DNA from: Dendrobates tinctorius
Taxonomy: Eukaryota
Direction of reading: 5' to 3'
Assembly (NCBI RefSeq): GCF_039654945.1
Contig: NW_027361751.1
Span: 8,742,001 to 8,806,000, forward strand
Length of the DNA: 64,000 bases
Part shown: in pieces, positions 23,471 to 36,752 of the stretch
How the letters are laid out: each line of letters opens with the position of its first letter
Numbering within the stretch: the first letter of the stretch is position 1
Position numbers and translations under genes: made by a program
Notes under the pieces: model-generated
Told to the model about the DNA's origin: nothing
The model's database searches: none
What the model saw: the letters and a program-made list of their open reading frames with translations, nothing else

Positions 23471-24092
23471 GGGCCCCGTCACACATAGTGACGCACCAGC
23501 AATCCCGACAACGATATGACCTTGTCAGGATCGCTGGGGTGTCGCTACATGATCGCTGGTGAGCTGCCAAACAGGAAGCTTCACCAGCGATCAGCACCAG
23601 CGACAGGAGGGTAGCAAGCGACGCACGTCGCTTAGTTACCCACTGTGTATGTTAGAAACCAGCGCGCTGGTGCAGGGAGCTGGTAACCAAAGTAAACATC
23701 AGGGTTTCTAAGCGGCGCGCGGCACTTAGAAACCCGATGTTTACCTTGGTTACCAGCTCCCTGCACCAGCGTGCTGGTTTCTAAAGTACACATCGGGTTT
23801 CTAAGCGTCGCGCGGCGTTTAGAAACCCGATATTTACCTTGGTTACCAGGCTCCAGCTCGCTGATCGCTGGTCTCCCGCTTGCCACACACAGCGATGCGT
23901 GCTGGCCAGCGGGAGACCAGCGAACAAAAAAATGTCCTGGCTATTCCAGGACGATCAGCGATACCCGGCAGGGGGGCCGGTCACTGAGAAGTGTCACACA
24001 CAGCGATCTTGCTGGTCAGATCGCTGTTGCGTCACAAAACTTGTGACTCAGCAGCGATCTCGCTAGCGAGATCGCTGTGTGTGACGGGGGCT
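23471..24092. mobile_element. Harbinger-type MITE
   Basis: TGA TSD. TIRs GGGCCCCGTCACACA / TGTGTGACGGGGGCT. Rich in CAGCGATC palindromes. Confidence 0.8.
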
Positions 24093-25040
24093 TGAGTGTA
24101 CAATTCAGTGTGGGATGACAATGCAATTTTTCATGTTTTTTAGGGGCTACAGGTTCTGCAAATGCTAAATTACATCTCCTTCGCAGCCAAAAAACAGTAC
24201 CAATTATTTGTGGCTTGGCAAGCTGCAAAAAATGTTTTGGCTGCAGGACCAAAGTTGCTTTGTAGTTCTAGCTTAAAAATATTGTGACATGAAGATTATG
24301 ATGTTGTATGGCAACATCACATAATGATTGTCAATTTTTCATTATGACACGCAACAGTATGCAATCATCACAAAAAAATCACACCACGAGTCTTAGCTCC
24401 CATAGACCTTATTGTAAGTCACATGCTCTAAAATTGTCTCAAATAAAGTCACAAAAATGTTTTTGGCCTGAAAAATGCTGTGCAGAGTCGCCATACAGCC
24501 ATAGCCTAAGGCTAAAATCTGCTTCAGACAGCCATATAAAAAAAACAGGCAATTCATATCCGTAAAATGGAGATGTGATTTGCTCTACGCACTGTTCTGT
24601 AGGCTCCTCTGGTTTGCAGATGGTGCAGGATCTGCCTTCAATTGCATGAACTGCTCTGGTCCATTTAACAGATCATCATGGAACTTGTGCACCAGAACAT
24701 TGGCTAAATTTGGGATTATGTTCATAATTAATCATCAGCAGCCCCATGACTGGTTGCAATGGGCAGTTTATTATTACTGCCTGCTTTTAGACAGATTTGA
24801 TAAATAAGGCCAATTGTGTAATGGAAGAGAGAGAACTCATGAAATGTTGTGTTAGGTGTCCATATTGCAAAGAATGTTCCATGTGTAAATCCCTAATTCT
24901 TCAGTAATTGTGATAACAGTTATCATTCATCAATAAATAATTTACAGATCATGGTCTGAAGACTTCAAGACCGGAGCCTCAATTCAGGATAAAGCCCGAT
25001 ATGTGTCAAGGAGAAACACAGTAGTAACATCCACAATAAG

Positions 25041-26360
25041 TCATCCGGGGGATGAGTAAACCCAATTTCTCTGTTGCTCTTGAATCTTCTCAATCAAGCA
25101 TTTAATTAAAATCGGATCCACTTTTGGATCAAACTTATTTGCAAACCAATGTCCAGAATGAAGAAGCCATCGTAGCTCAGGCGCCCCATAAATACACACA
25201 CTTCGGACATGGGTCCCAGTACAAGGTGGATAGTGAGTTTCCTCAAGATATGCCCATTTCACCAGTCGAGTTTTGCTGTCAAGATCTGTAACATCCCCTT
25301 CTGTCCTTGAAAGTCCCCCTGGTGCACCTGGCAACCGATTTAGTGTTGCCCAAAAATGTTCATCTGGCGAAAATGTGTCTTTATTCCACTCTAAAAATTC
25401 TGGAACTAGAGGTAAGTTAGAAATATATTGAATAAATGAATGGCTTAAAACAAAATAGGCACTTCCAACATACATCTCAATACCTTCAGGTGGAACAGAT
25501 TTTTTCGTCAAAGTCTTTACTGGCATTTGAACATAATCAAGGCTAAGCACAAACCTGATCTCATGATGATAGGTATAGCGTTCCTTCTTTGTATCCGTTG
25601 GCCGTGATGACTCCAGCATATTTTTTCCCTTAAGCTTTTTTAGCTCAGAGACAAGTTCATAATTGGATTTCAGCGGCATGTCCTGTCCACATAGATTAAT
25701 GACATATTTCCACTGCACGGGTGACTTCAGCAAATCGGACAAACAATTAAGATCGGCTTGCAGTCTTGAAAAGTGAGCATAAATTACCGGCTCAAGTTTT
25801 GACGCAATAAAAACATTAGGGAAACATTTGGCTAAATTTATCATGGCTTTTTTAAAATGGGATGGAGATTTTTGGTCATAATGTATACAGTAGACATTAG
25901 TAGGACTGTATATGGTCTGCAGAAGGCGTTCCACACTTACAGCACCTTTATGTACAACCAGTGAATATGCTATAGGAAAGTCTTTTTCCTCCTGCGATAT
26001 AGGCTTGTCAACATATCGACGTAAATTTCTATAGGCTGCACAATTATTTGTCAATGTCACAACATCTGAGTCTTCGAGATCAAATATGTGCCTTCTCCTA
26101 AGCTGTAAACCTTTTCCAATCTCCATGGGTTCCATTTCATATATGGCCGTACAGTTGATGTTGCTAGACGAGTCATTTGGTATGGAATTTTTGGTTACGA
26201 AAAGTGAGAAAATATCCGGCTCCACAAAGTAACTGTGACTTCTAGGAAATAAAAACTCAACTTTCAAAAGCTTTAAAATACAGAGCAAGGACACAATAAT
26301 TAGGATGAAGGTAACTTTCTGTCGTTGAAGACATAACAGACAACTCTTCAACTTCTTCAT
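25041..26360 (-). CDS. GCNT4: Beta-1,3-galactosyl-O-glycosyl-glycoprotein beta-1,6-N-acetylglucosaminyltransferase 4 (GT14), 439 aa, single coding exon
   Basis: N-terminal TM anchor. Motifs [54 protein letters not shown] and WFANKFD match GCNT4 as I recall it. ATG at 26358-26360 directly follows a splice acceptor, so the ORF track's 12 extra N-terminal residues are intronic. Confidence 0.93.
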   Translation of the reverse strand: MKKLKSCLLCLQRQKVTFILIIVSLLCILKLLKVEFLFPRSHSYFVEPDIFSLFVTKNSIPNDSSSNINCTAIYEMEPMEIGKGLQLRRRHIFDLEDSDVVTLTNNCAAYRNLRRYVDKPISQEEKDFPIAYSLVVHKGAVSVERLLQTIYSPTNVYCIHYDQKSPSHFKKAMINLAKCFPNVFIASKLEPVIYAHFSRLQADLNCLSDLLKSPVQWKYVINLCGQDMPLKSNYELVSELKKLKGKNMLESSRPTDTKKERYTYHHEIRFVLSLDYVQMPVKTLTKKSVPPEGIEMYVGSAYFVLSHSFIQYISNLPLVPEFLEWNKDTFSPDEHFWATLNRLPGAPGGLSRTEGDVTDLDSKTRLVKWAYLEETHYPPCTGTHVRSVCIYGAPELRWLLHSGHWFANKFDPKVDPILIKCLIEKIQEQQRNWVYSSPG

Positions 26361-26361
26361 T

Positions 26362-26380
26362 CTGAAAGAAAAGTGCAGAT
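26362..26380 (-). promoter_or_regulatory. 3' splice acceptor of the GCNT4 coding exon
   Basis: - strand ATCTGCACTTTTCTTTCAG|AATGAAG: polypyrimidine tract plus CAG, one base before the ATG. Confidence 0.8.
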
Positions 26381-27889
26381 GTAAGGAATTCAGCAAATAT
26401 GTTTCAAAAGATTATAAATGTCACCTCAAAAAGAAAGACAGCAATGACACCTACGATACTGTGGATAGTTTCATCTAAAACAATTTTTTCCTCGAGCTAC
26501 AGGTTTTTTTTTTGCTTGAGTTTTAGCATCAATCTTGACTAAGCCTCAGATAAAGAATACCCCTCAAAATGTATCCTAATACCATTGCTGTATTGATCCT
26601 TCCTAATAACTGAGTTATGATGTTAATATTCATTCATTGCTATCTGCTATAAATTATAGGGATTGTCCATTGAATAAAAGGCTCAGAATCTCTAAACAAA
26701 ATAAAAAGAGTACATAATCCTCCTCTGCATTTCTCATTCAAACACTTACATGATTCTGCTTAAGTATTATTCCAGTCTGTACACCCCATAGAGATAGAGA
26801 TGCCCAGTCACTGCCAAAGGCAGTTTATAGCTGTGATTGGATCAGTGAGCATTTATGACTATTTTAGCCGCAGACTGAGAAGTATGGAAAAGCAGGGATT
26901 GTGTACACATTATAACAGGAACTGTTGGTGATTGCTAAGTGTGATGTAACATTTGTGTCAGGCCCGGGCCCTTTGGCTCCTGGTTCGACTGCTAGGCAGC
27001 ACTGGCGACTTTGTTGCAGGTGATGCGTGACAGCAATGGTTCTGTTTAATTCCTTGGAATTTTGATACCCTTAGATCAGGGAGATATGGGGTTAAATGTC
27101 TATTTTTTGTATTATTCCTTTCTGAGGGCATTGGGTGGGGCTGCCTGTTATTTAAACTCCTAGGTCTCTGACCACTGCCTGTCAATTAGTTTTTGTACCT
27201 GACTTGTGCTATAGTCTTTTTCTCTGCTGGCTTCCTGATTCCTCCTGTTTTCTGACCTCAGTGAGAATTTTTACCATTCTCTTGTCCTACAATTCTACTC
27301 TCCTTGGCAACCCTTCCTGCCTCTGGGTTGCTCCTTTGGAAGGTAGCCCTTCTGTGAATGCAATCCACTGGACTCCGTTGTAAGACCAGATCCCTGTACA
27401 GGTGTTAAAGGGTGAAGGTTGGAGTACATCTGGAATCTGCCAGAGTGGCTTCTGCCAACTCTGTCTAAGGCAGTCTTTTTCACCCTGTCACCTCTTACAG
27501 TTGTGACAGGAGAGTAATTTTTAACCAGTCTATGCCCTTTCACTAATTTGCATCCGCTGAGCAACCTCTTTAAGTTCATATACAGTATTATACTGTACAT
27601 TAGTCAGAAAAGGACTTCTAAAGGAGAATATCGTGTGCATGGTTGATTATCCCCATCATCTACTGTCAGTAGTGCAAGCCTGTCCTGTTTATCTGGCTAT
27701 AGCTTCATAAACTTTTATGTTTAATTGTAATCCTGACTCTGATTAAATTTTGTCCCATGTATATAAGTTAAAAGCTGAAAAGTCATCTATACAAAACAAC
27801 AAGTGCCAGCCAACTTTAGTTTAGTAGTCAGCGTTGTAAATGCGATCATTCTGGAAATTTTTCAAAGAGTGTCAAGGTCCAATACTTAA

Positions 27890-29130
27890 AGGGAACCTGT
27901 AAGCAGGATTGTGCTCAGTAACCTACACACAGTGTCAGATCGGCGCCGTTATACTGATTAAAATAATACCTTGGTGATGAAATCCGTCTTGTGGTTGTTG
28001 TTTAATCTGTATTTGTAGTTTTCAGTTAATGAGATTCTTGTGCTCTAGGGCGGCCGGTGGGGTGTCTTATGTGGTGCTCTGATTAGGTATTCATCAGTAT
28101 GGCTTATGACAGGTCACTGATCCCTCAGTATAAAGTAATAATAAGAAACTAGGCAGTCAACTTAAAGATGTATTTTTTTGTCTTTTATTGTAGTCAAGGC
28201 AAAACGTTTCGGCCTTTAACAATTACAAACTATATAGGCGTGTCAGGGATTCGTGGGAATCCTGTGGATATTTAGTGAGGCACGTCTCAGTATGGTCACT
28301 TTCACAAGAGTATGGGGCGTTAAAAAAGGAAAATCCCCAATGGTAAATACGCCAGAGGACCTGGATGTGTGCCTGGAGAACGACACAGCATCCGCTGCTT
28401 GTGAAAGTGACCATACTGAGACGTGCCTCACTAAATATCCACAGGATTCCCACGAATCCCTGACACGCCTGTATAGGTTTTAATTGATAAAGGCCAAATG
28501 CGGCTGAAACATTTTGCCTTGACTACAATAAAAGACAAAAAAATACATCTTTAAGTTGAGTGCTTAGTTTATTTTTATTACTTTATGGTGTGGGATCCTA
28601 CTACGGCACCTTCCTTAGTAGTGCACACGGTTCTCTACTAGTACTGATCCCTCACTGATCTGGCCCCTATTGTACATACTGAATATTATATGTAATGAAA
28701 ACAAAAATCATCTTCAGCCTGCAGGGGCCAGCGGCGTCATCTTTCTAGAAAAAAAAATTGTCTCCACCAAGATCGGACCGCCAAGATGCAAAGATGCAGC
28801 TGGCGCCATTTAGAAACAGATTTTTTTTTCTGAATTTATTTATACCAGCAAATAAAATAATTAAATGCATATTATACATGCGATCATGCTGCAGCGCAGG
28901 CACCACCGCCTGCATGCTGAAGATGATTTTATGAATACCTAATCAGAGCACCACATAAAGACCCCCCCCACAGTCCCACCCAGGAGCACAGGCATATCAT
29001 TAACTGAAAATAAAGATTAAACAACCACAAGACAGATTTCATCAACCCAGGTATCATTTTAATCAGTATAGCAGCACCAACCTGACACTGTCTGCAGGTT
29101 ACTGTGCACAATCCTGCTGACAGGTTCCCT
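27890..29130. mobile_element. Kolobok/T2-type MITE hosting a fold-back insert
   Basis: TTAA TSD (27886-27889 and 29131-29134). Long TIRs AGGGAACCTGT(A)AGCAGGATTGTGC / GCACAATCCTGCTGACAGGTTCCCT. Confidence 0.85.
28128..28642 (+). mobile_element. Penelope-like fold-back insert with a hammerhead-like motif
   Basis: 12-bp TSD ACTGATCCCTCA (28116-28127 and 28643-28654). ~180-bp inverted arms (28130-28308 and 28398-28586). Motif TTGATAAAGGCC...GGCTGAAAC followed by AATAAA. Confidence 0.7.
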
Positions 29131-29507
29131 TTAATAAAACGTTTTTAACAACAAAACATAAAAATAGATAATTTTCTGCTTATAAATTCCCTTTAACTTT
29201 GATCAAAGATTCTTGGCCATCAAGATTACTATTTTCTGTCACTGACACTCAAGACTGATGAAATATCTGCCAGGTCTCACAGATATCATATTCACTTTTT
29301 CACTGAACAGAAAATCTCCTTGCGCTTCCAGCCATGTAAAATACTCATTATCTTCCTGTTGCTGTTAAGTCGAAGAAGAGCACTTAATTTAGGGGTCTAA
29401 CTGTTCATTATTAAATTAAAAGTATGAGATTAGAGATTCTTAAACAACATGTAATAGTTCAGGGTGAAAAAGAAAGCTATTATGTATTCTGTTCTAGTGA
29501 AATTCAG

Positions 29508-30283
29508 AAGGAACCTGTCACCTGATTGATGATGTCCAAACCACGGGCAAAATTAATCAAATTCAGGCTGCACATTTACAGCCAGGTATGTTTTAGTCTA
29601 TGGCTTTTCAAAGAAGGTGTACTTTAAAGATCTAGCCAGGGACCAGAGCTGAAGACGAGTCTAGTCCAGCACTACACTTGGGCGGCTTCTCTAAGCGCCA
29701 ACCTAAAGGGCCTGTCACACTAAGCAATATCGCTAGCAATATCGCTATAACTTGTGACGTTATAGCGATATTGCTAGCGACATCGCTGTGTCTGATACTT
29801 ACCTACGACCGGCTCCCCCGCTGGTTATCGCTGATCGCGCGAGAACGTCCAGGACTGTTTCTCGTCGTCAGCTTCCTGTGGAGAGACGAGCGACGAGCGT
29901 GGAGCTGGGCGGGAGGACGCAGGATCGCCTAGTGTGACATGTAAGTAGCGACCCCCGACCCCAGCGATGTCGCTGGTGAGATCTGCCTGTGTGGCAGCTC
30001 ACTAGCGACCACTTAGCGATGTACCAGCGATCCTGACCACGTCATATCGCTGGTCGGGATCGCTGGTACATCGCTAAGTGTGACAGTACCTTTAGTGATT
30101 GATTGCTATACACAAGACCTGTCAGTCACCAGGGGTGGTGCAGGGACAAGTCTGCTGGAGATGGAGCTGAACTAGTTTCATCAGAGTGTTTCAGAGAAAA
30201 TTGTACCTGGTTACAAAAATGCAGCCAGGCTGCAATTCAAGCTCCTGTGGTTTGCATAGCATGAATCAGGTGACGGGTTCCCT
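29508..30283. mobile_element. Old T2-type MITE containing a Harbinger-type MITE (29707-30091)
   Basis: Outer GGAACCTGTCACCTGATT / AATCAGGTGACGGGTTCC. Inner CTGTCACACTAAGC / GCTAAGTGTGACAG, related to 23471-24092. Confidence 0.6.
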
Positions 30284-30394
30284 TCAGAGGAAAGCAGCCA
30301 GCAGGATTACCCTCATCATATATTAAGAGTGCTGTATCAGCCTCCAAATAAATGTTGTCACAATGCATGTATTACTAATAAGTGTTTATATATT

Positions 30395-31079
30395 TGTAAG
30401 GAGATAGCGGAGACCCTTGTCTGCCTCCCCTCTCTCCTTCCCTGTATGTGTGTTGTACTGTAATGTTTGCTATGTGTTTTAATGTATGTGCTGTGTTTGC
30501 CTTGTTTTTAATGTGTTACCATTGTACCATGTAATATATGTATGTTAGCTTAGGGATAGGAAATGGTTAATTCAGGGGGCTGGCTCAGCAGCCTCAAAGG
30601 AAGCAGGAATGCTCCTGCTTCCAGAGCAGAGCCTGGGCAAGCATGCCCGTGACAGGACGTGCTCCCCTGTTGGGAGCTTGCCAGATCCCCGGAGGGATAT
30701 CAAACTGCCAGAGGACTATCAGGCAGCCAGCACAAGGACTGAGTGTACCACCAGAGACTGGGATCTATCTGGGAGTTACTGCCTGTGTTGCTGCAGCCGT
30801 TTGCTGAAGGAGAAACACCTGTGACTAGGGACAGCTTAGGAATTGTGCCTTCTTTTCTTCATCACTTTAATTAAATATAAGTTGCCACTGGTGGGCCCTA
30901 CAATGTGTGACGTGTGGTGCATCCATTCCAGCATGGAGAGGAGCCAGATGTCTGAGGTAACCCACTGTGACCCAGGGCTGGGACCAGAACTGCTTATTCA
31001 TGTGCAAGGGGCCAGGGTGTGGACTGACTGTGCCGTAGTGGACTTGCCCACGACTACCATCCCGTGCCACCTTCTTACA
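30395..31079. mobile_element. Solo LTR
   Basis: TGTAAG...CTTACA termini and a 4-bp TSD TATT (30391-30394 and 31080-31083). No internal ORFs. Confidence 0.75.
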
Positions 31080-31836
31080 TATTTACTGCAGAACTGAACT
31101 TTAAAGGGGTTATTGGGGACTATTTTTTTTTAATAAAGTGCCTACCTGCAGGTACTTGCTGAATACCTGCCTGTTGTGCTCGACGCCAATCTCTGCCAGC
31201 ACAAAGCAGTCACAGAAAACTCCTGTTGGCGATTCAGCAGGATCTGCTGACATCACATCAGCAGAGCAGTGGCTTCTGTTCTACTTCGTTGAAGGGTGTG
31301 ACTGCCGACGTCATGCTGATTGACAGGTGGCTCACTACTGCCTAACTGCAGGAAACCGATTGTCAGTCTGCGTGACATCAGAAGTCACACCTCATTGACA
31401 GAGCAGCCTGGAAGAGGAGCAACTGAATCTCTGGTAGGAGTGGTTGGTGACTGCTCTGTGCCGGCGCAGCGTAGAACAGGAAGGTAGTTGCCTTTGTTAG
31501 AAGCTACATGCCTGTAAGTTTTTAGGCTCACTACAGAAAAGTCATGGACAAACTTTTTAATTTCATCATGCCTGTACAAGGAGTGGTTTTGGAGTAATAT
31601 CACTCATCACAGAAGTTAGCTGGTAGTACGCCCACAGCAGCATTACTACCAGCCAGCATCTGTTGACCATAGCTGGGTGGCATCTAGTTAAGGCACGCTC
31701 CTCTGTATGGAGATGCCTGTGCAGCTTCCTCTTTAGTCTTTGTTGAGTTTGTCCTTGCCAGCTAGTTGTCAGCTCCCTTGTTCCTGCAGTTATTCTGTTA
31801 GAATCTGAATCCCCTGGTCCATGTGTAGTCAGGGCT

Positions 31837-32010
31837 TGAACCTGAAATCGCAACAGCGGTCCCTGAATCTGAAATTGCATTGGCAGTCCCTGAACCTGAA
31901 ATTGCATCGGCGGTCCCTGAACCTGAAATCGCATCGGTGGCACCTGAGCCTGAAGCTGCACCTGCGGTACCTGAAGCTTGACGCTGCTCTCTGCGGTACC
32001 TGAGCCTGAA
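31837..32010. repeat. 27-bp minisatellite inside an LTR-like remnant
   Basis: Unit approximately TGAACCTGAAATCGCATCGGCGGTCCC, about 5-6 copies. Confidence 0.7.
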
Positions 32011-33178
32011 GCCCGTTCCAGTATCCGAATCCAGCCCTGCCTGTGACTCCGTGTTAGCATCTGTTCTGCCCGCTGATCCAGAACCCGTGTTGTCTGAACA
32101 GTGTCCGAGTCCTATCCACCAGTTACTCTGAGTCTGTGTCCGTGTTTGCTATACTGACATCTGGGGTCAGCAGCTGCAGTATCGGGGACTGCCTAGGGGT
32201 GGTACCTGGTGGCCACCTGCAGCTCAAGTCTAACTCCCCCATCAGGAGCTCTAGCGAACGCTAGTTAGCACCTCCTATGTAAGCCTGTGACACAGTGGGT
32301 CCACAATCCAACCATGTGCATGGCAAAATCTAACCAATTTTTAATAAATTCTGTCAACAACCTAAATGTTGGACGGTCAAAATAACTAACAGCTAACGTC
32401 TCCTGATTCTGAATGAATGGATCAGACAGTTTGGACTCTCTTGTCTGAAAAAAAAGTTGCAACCAAAAGTGTCTGGCTTCTGCTTTTCTGCCTCCATACC
32501 AATAACTTATACATGTCCTCAGAAATTCATTAGGTTAATTGCTTCCATTGGGTGATGAACCAAGGTTTAGTAGCAATGATTATTTTATAAAGTTTGTCTA
32601 GAAATCTGACAATTTGATAAAATGGTTTATCAAAATTGGATGCTGGGTTCAGCAAAGCATCAGATCCTAAGCTTGTTTCCCAGTTCTATATGCCATGGAG
32701 ATATACCACCTTTGCTTTGGTATCTTGGCTACAAGTTGTTAATAAAACATGGGGATGGAATTCCCTGAAAAAAGGTAAACCTGCTAAATATAGAAGAAAG
32801 ACATTTTGGTCTAACAAGGAAAAGTACAGGTCACGCTCTACTGGTGTAACTGTTTCCAATCAATCTAGTAAGAAATAAATCTAGTAGACGTTCCTAATAG
32901 TAGGGTACAATGACAGCAGGGTCTCTGTCCGGAAGGGCTGCACAGACATATATAGAGAAGTATTTTAGTTACGGTATATGAAGATGATGTTTCTAGATCA
33001 TGTGTCTTCTATGACTTAATTATTGTATCACCCAGCATTAAACCACCATATGACCACAGTGGCAGCTATGTTGGGGCTTAGTTAAATGTTTTGATGTCTC
33101 AGAGGTTTCAGGTTCCATTTTCCGCAAGTAACATCCTTCATTACTATTACAGGCAGGTACATGTAAAGAATTGCATAA

Positions 33179-33575
33179 GTGTATGTGTCCACAGGGCGTA
33201 CTGGCAGCGATTTGGACGCAGCGGATACCCCGCTCCGCCCAAAGTGCTGCCCCCTTTTGTACGCGCGGTGATTCCGCATGTGTTCATTGAACACATGCGG
33301 AATCACCGCATCCTATACAGACTGTGATATTTATCTTGCATAGACGGAGCGTCTAAGCAAGATAAATAGACATGCTGCGGTCTATAAAGACGCGCCGCAT
33401 GTCCAGTTACACAGGTCTGCCACCTGCGTCTTTGTACGCATAGTGGAGCTGGGATTTCATAAAATCCCCTCCACTATGCTGTAACATATGGACGCTGCGG
33501 ATTGGACTCTGAGTCTGTACGCCAGCGTCCAATCAGCAGCAAATACTGAAGAATACTCCCTGTGGAAACATACCC
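33179..33575. mobile_element. Harbinger-type MITE
   Basis: Ends GTGTATGTGTCCACAGG / CCTGTGGAAACATACCC. GCGG/CCGC-rich interior. Confidence 0.55.
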
Positions 33576-36500
33576 TTTAAACAAGCTGTGTACAAAGCAG
33601 TTTGAGAATGCGCTGGACATGTATATATGTGCCTTCCATCGATGTACGTTGTGAGGATCTCCATACTTCTACCTCTGATATGTCTGATAATGATATATAC
33701 CATTATTTAGGCATACGGTGAATTACGTCATTAATATGCTTTTACTGTGAAAAAAGTATGCCACATAGAATACCATTTTTGCCATATACCAAGTCATACA
33801 TTCACAAATGCCAAAGATAGGGCCAAAAAGAGGTGTGAACAGGCCCTTCCCCTCTATAACTTGCCTGTTTCCTTCCTCCTTTCTCCATAACATACAGTGA
33901 TTTTGAGGTTGGTAATCCTTGCGTAGGATTATTTTAGGATTATATCTATGTCACCTATCCCCATCCTACGGTTGCTGTAGGTGCCTCACTATCATGCAGT
34001 ATGTCTCCATTTGTAAGGTCTAGCTTTGCCTTTCTACACATATTATTGTGCCTCCACACGTCTCTTCACTGTGTAGGTGAATAATTGCCGAGTTACTGCC
34101 GGCTGCCTCCCTCACTTCTCTATAGCAATAGATCTTGGCCACATTCCCTTTTCTAGCTCCACATAAACATCAGAGGTCTGCTATTTCTCCAAAGCAAACG
34201 GGAACATGAAACATTTTATTCCTGCGCTGCTGAAATCAGATTTACCACCAAATCAGTTCCATTACATTCTAGATGCGGTAGTGTAATCACTTAGACTATT
34301 AGCGTCGTTCCATCATTAAAAGTGATTACATTAAGGAGATGCTATTCCTTAAGGCAACATTCTTTCTCAACGCGTTTTTCCAAGCCTCCAGGGCTTGTCT
34401 GTATGTGCAGAGAATTCTGCAGGTCTACGTCACATTCAACAGTCAACGGCAGAATTTAGCTGGCGTCAGCTTCTTGTATGCAAAGCACTAGCCCTGCCTT
34501 GAGTGACTGAATGTAGGACAGGTTCGGCATTTTTACTACACCTCATGTCATAGAATATGACATTTACTAATGATCTGCTGCTGATGCAATTAGCAAATAT
34601 CACAGAACCAGTGCCATATTTAATTTGTTGGCTAACTTGTTCACATTGCAGCTTTTAGCTGTATCAGATCCAAAAACAAAACAAAAATGGTATACTCTTT
34701 AAGGCCCCCATACACATTAGATTAAAGTTGGCTGATATTGGTAAGATGCACCAAGAATCTAATGTCCATGGGGGAGTAAAGGAGGCCTCTTTCCTGACAG
34801 ATGATGTCGGGGAGAGAAGAATTGCCACATTGGAATTACAATGGATGATCTTTTTGTTCTTTCTGGAGATAAGCCTCTGCCAGAGAAGTCTGGCAGCAGC
34901 TTTCTGAAGAGAACACAGTAGCTCCTGGACAAACTGGACATTTTCATAGCTATCGGCTGAGGGATTATATGGCCGAAAATTATCTAATGTAATGTATGTG
35001 GTGGGGCTATCCTCTACCTGCACCCTAACATACACGCACGTGATGGAGATCACCTGTTAGAGGACATCTGTATTCAACAGCAGTACTACTGCTCTGTTGG
35101 TAGAGATCATAGAAATATATTTTGTCCCTCAAACCCATCTACACCTTGATCAACGCTGATCTCAGTGCTAACAAAGGTGGAGGCCAATTCCGAGATAGTA
35201 ATTTAAGTATGTGCAAAGCTTGAACAATCATACAGAAGTAAGCTAAAATATGTCGTCACAATTTCACATAACAGCCTTCAGTCTGACTTTGAGACTCTTA
35301 CCAGTCAGAATAAGAGTACTCAGCTTCCCAGAGAAAGATGACTGCTTGTACAGCAATTCTCTAACATACTGCGGTTTCTAAAATTAACCTCATATAAAGA
35401 AAAAAAAAAATTTCCTGGAACGGAAATAACTTCCCTTAGTCAGTAGTACAGTATAAAGCTGTTGTCTGTCAGTGAGCGTCTGACTGTAGTTTGCCATACA
35501 GCCAGATGTATTAGTAGTCAGATGGGAGGGGCAAAGTACAGGACAATAACATCACTCAGGACAGACAACATTAAAATGTGACGCTGTGCTTCATAGGTTT
35601 CTACCAGTTCGACACTCTGAATGAATGCCTGCAGTGTGGGACCCCATGTCTATTAGATCCTACTGCTGGTTCCCCTGTGAATATTCGCAAAACTCCCCAA
35701 ATGAGTCATAAATGGTGATAGACAAAACGCATTGTACAAGGCCAGTGAGAAATTGGGGTCTCCTTATTGCCAAGAGCAAATCTGGGTAGCATGGGAGCTG
35801 TTACAAGGGGTTCAGCCAGGGCATTGTAACCGCAACAGGGTGAACTAGGGATCTGGCATCAACTCTCCCGACCATTGTCCCATACATTTTACCCGATGGA
35901 CTTGCAGCTACTGATGACAGTTACTTTATCTAAAAAAATAATTAAAGCTGCCAAAAAGGACACAGAGAAGCACATTGCTAAGGAGAGTAAAACTAATCCC
36001 AAGCTGTTCTTCAACTATATCAATAGTAAAAGAATCAAAAGTGAAAGTGTAGGCCCATTAAAAAATTGTGAGGAACGTATGGTTGTAGATGATGAGGAAA
36101 AAGCTAATATATTAAACACCTTCTTCTCCACGGTATTCACGGTGGAAAATGAAACGCTAGGTGAAATGCTGAGACAAAGAAAACCCTATATTAAGGGTCA
36201 CCAATCTAACCCAAGAAGAGGTGCAAAACCGGCTAAATAAGATTGAAATAGATAAATCTCCGGGTCCGGATGGCATACACCCACGAGTACTAAGAGAACT
36301 AAGTAATGTAATAGACAAACCATTATTTCTTATATTTAGAGACTCTATAGCGACGGGGTCTGTTCCACAGGACTGGCGCATAGCAAATGTGGTACCAATA
36401 TTCAAAAAGGGCTCTAAAAGTGAACCTGGAAATTATAGGCCAGTAAGTCTAACCTCTATTGTTGGTAAAATATTTGAAGGGTTTCTGAGGGATGTTATTC

Positions 36501-36752
36501 TGGATTATCTCAATGAGAATAACTGTTTAACGCCATATCAGCATGGGTTTATGAGGAATCGCTCCTATCAAACCAATCTAATCAGTTTTTATGAAGAGGT
36601 AAGCTATAGACTGGACCAAGGTGAGTCACTGGATGTGGTATATCTTGATTTTTCCAAAGCGTTTGATACCGTGCCACACAAGAGGTTGGTACACAAAATG
36701 AGAATGCTGGGTCTGGGGGAAAATGTGTGTAAATGGGTAAGTAACTGGCTTA

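Noticed and set aside
26361-26396. 12-aa N-terminal extension of the GCNT4 ORF
   Set aside because: It begins at a non-ATG codon and spans the splice acceptor, so it is intronic.
26956-27508. Possible solo LTR (TGTCA...TGACA)
   Set aside because: LTR-like composition, but no matching TSD was found, so it was not called.
31566-32060. 164-aa Gln/Pro-rich ORF
   Set aside because: Driven by a 27-bp minisatellite in an LTR-like remnant.
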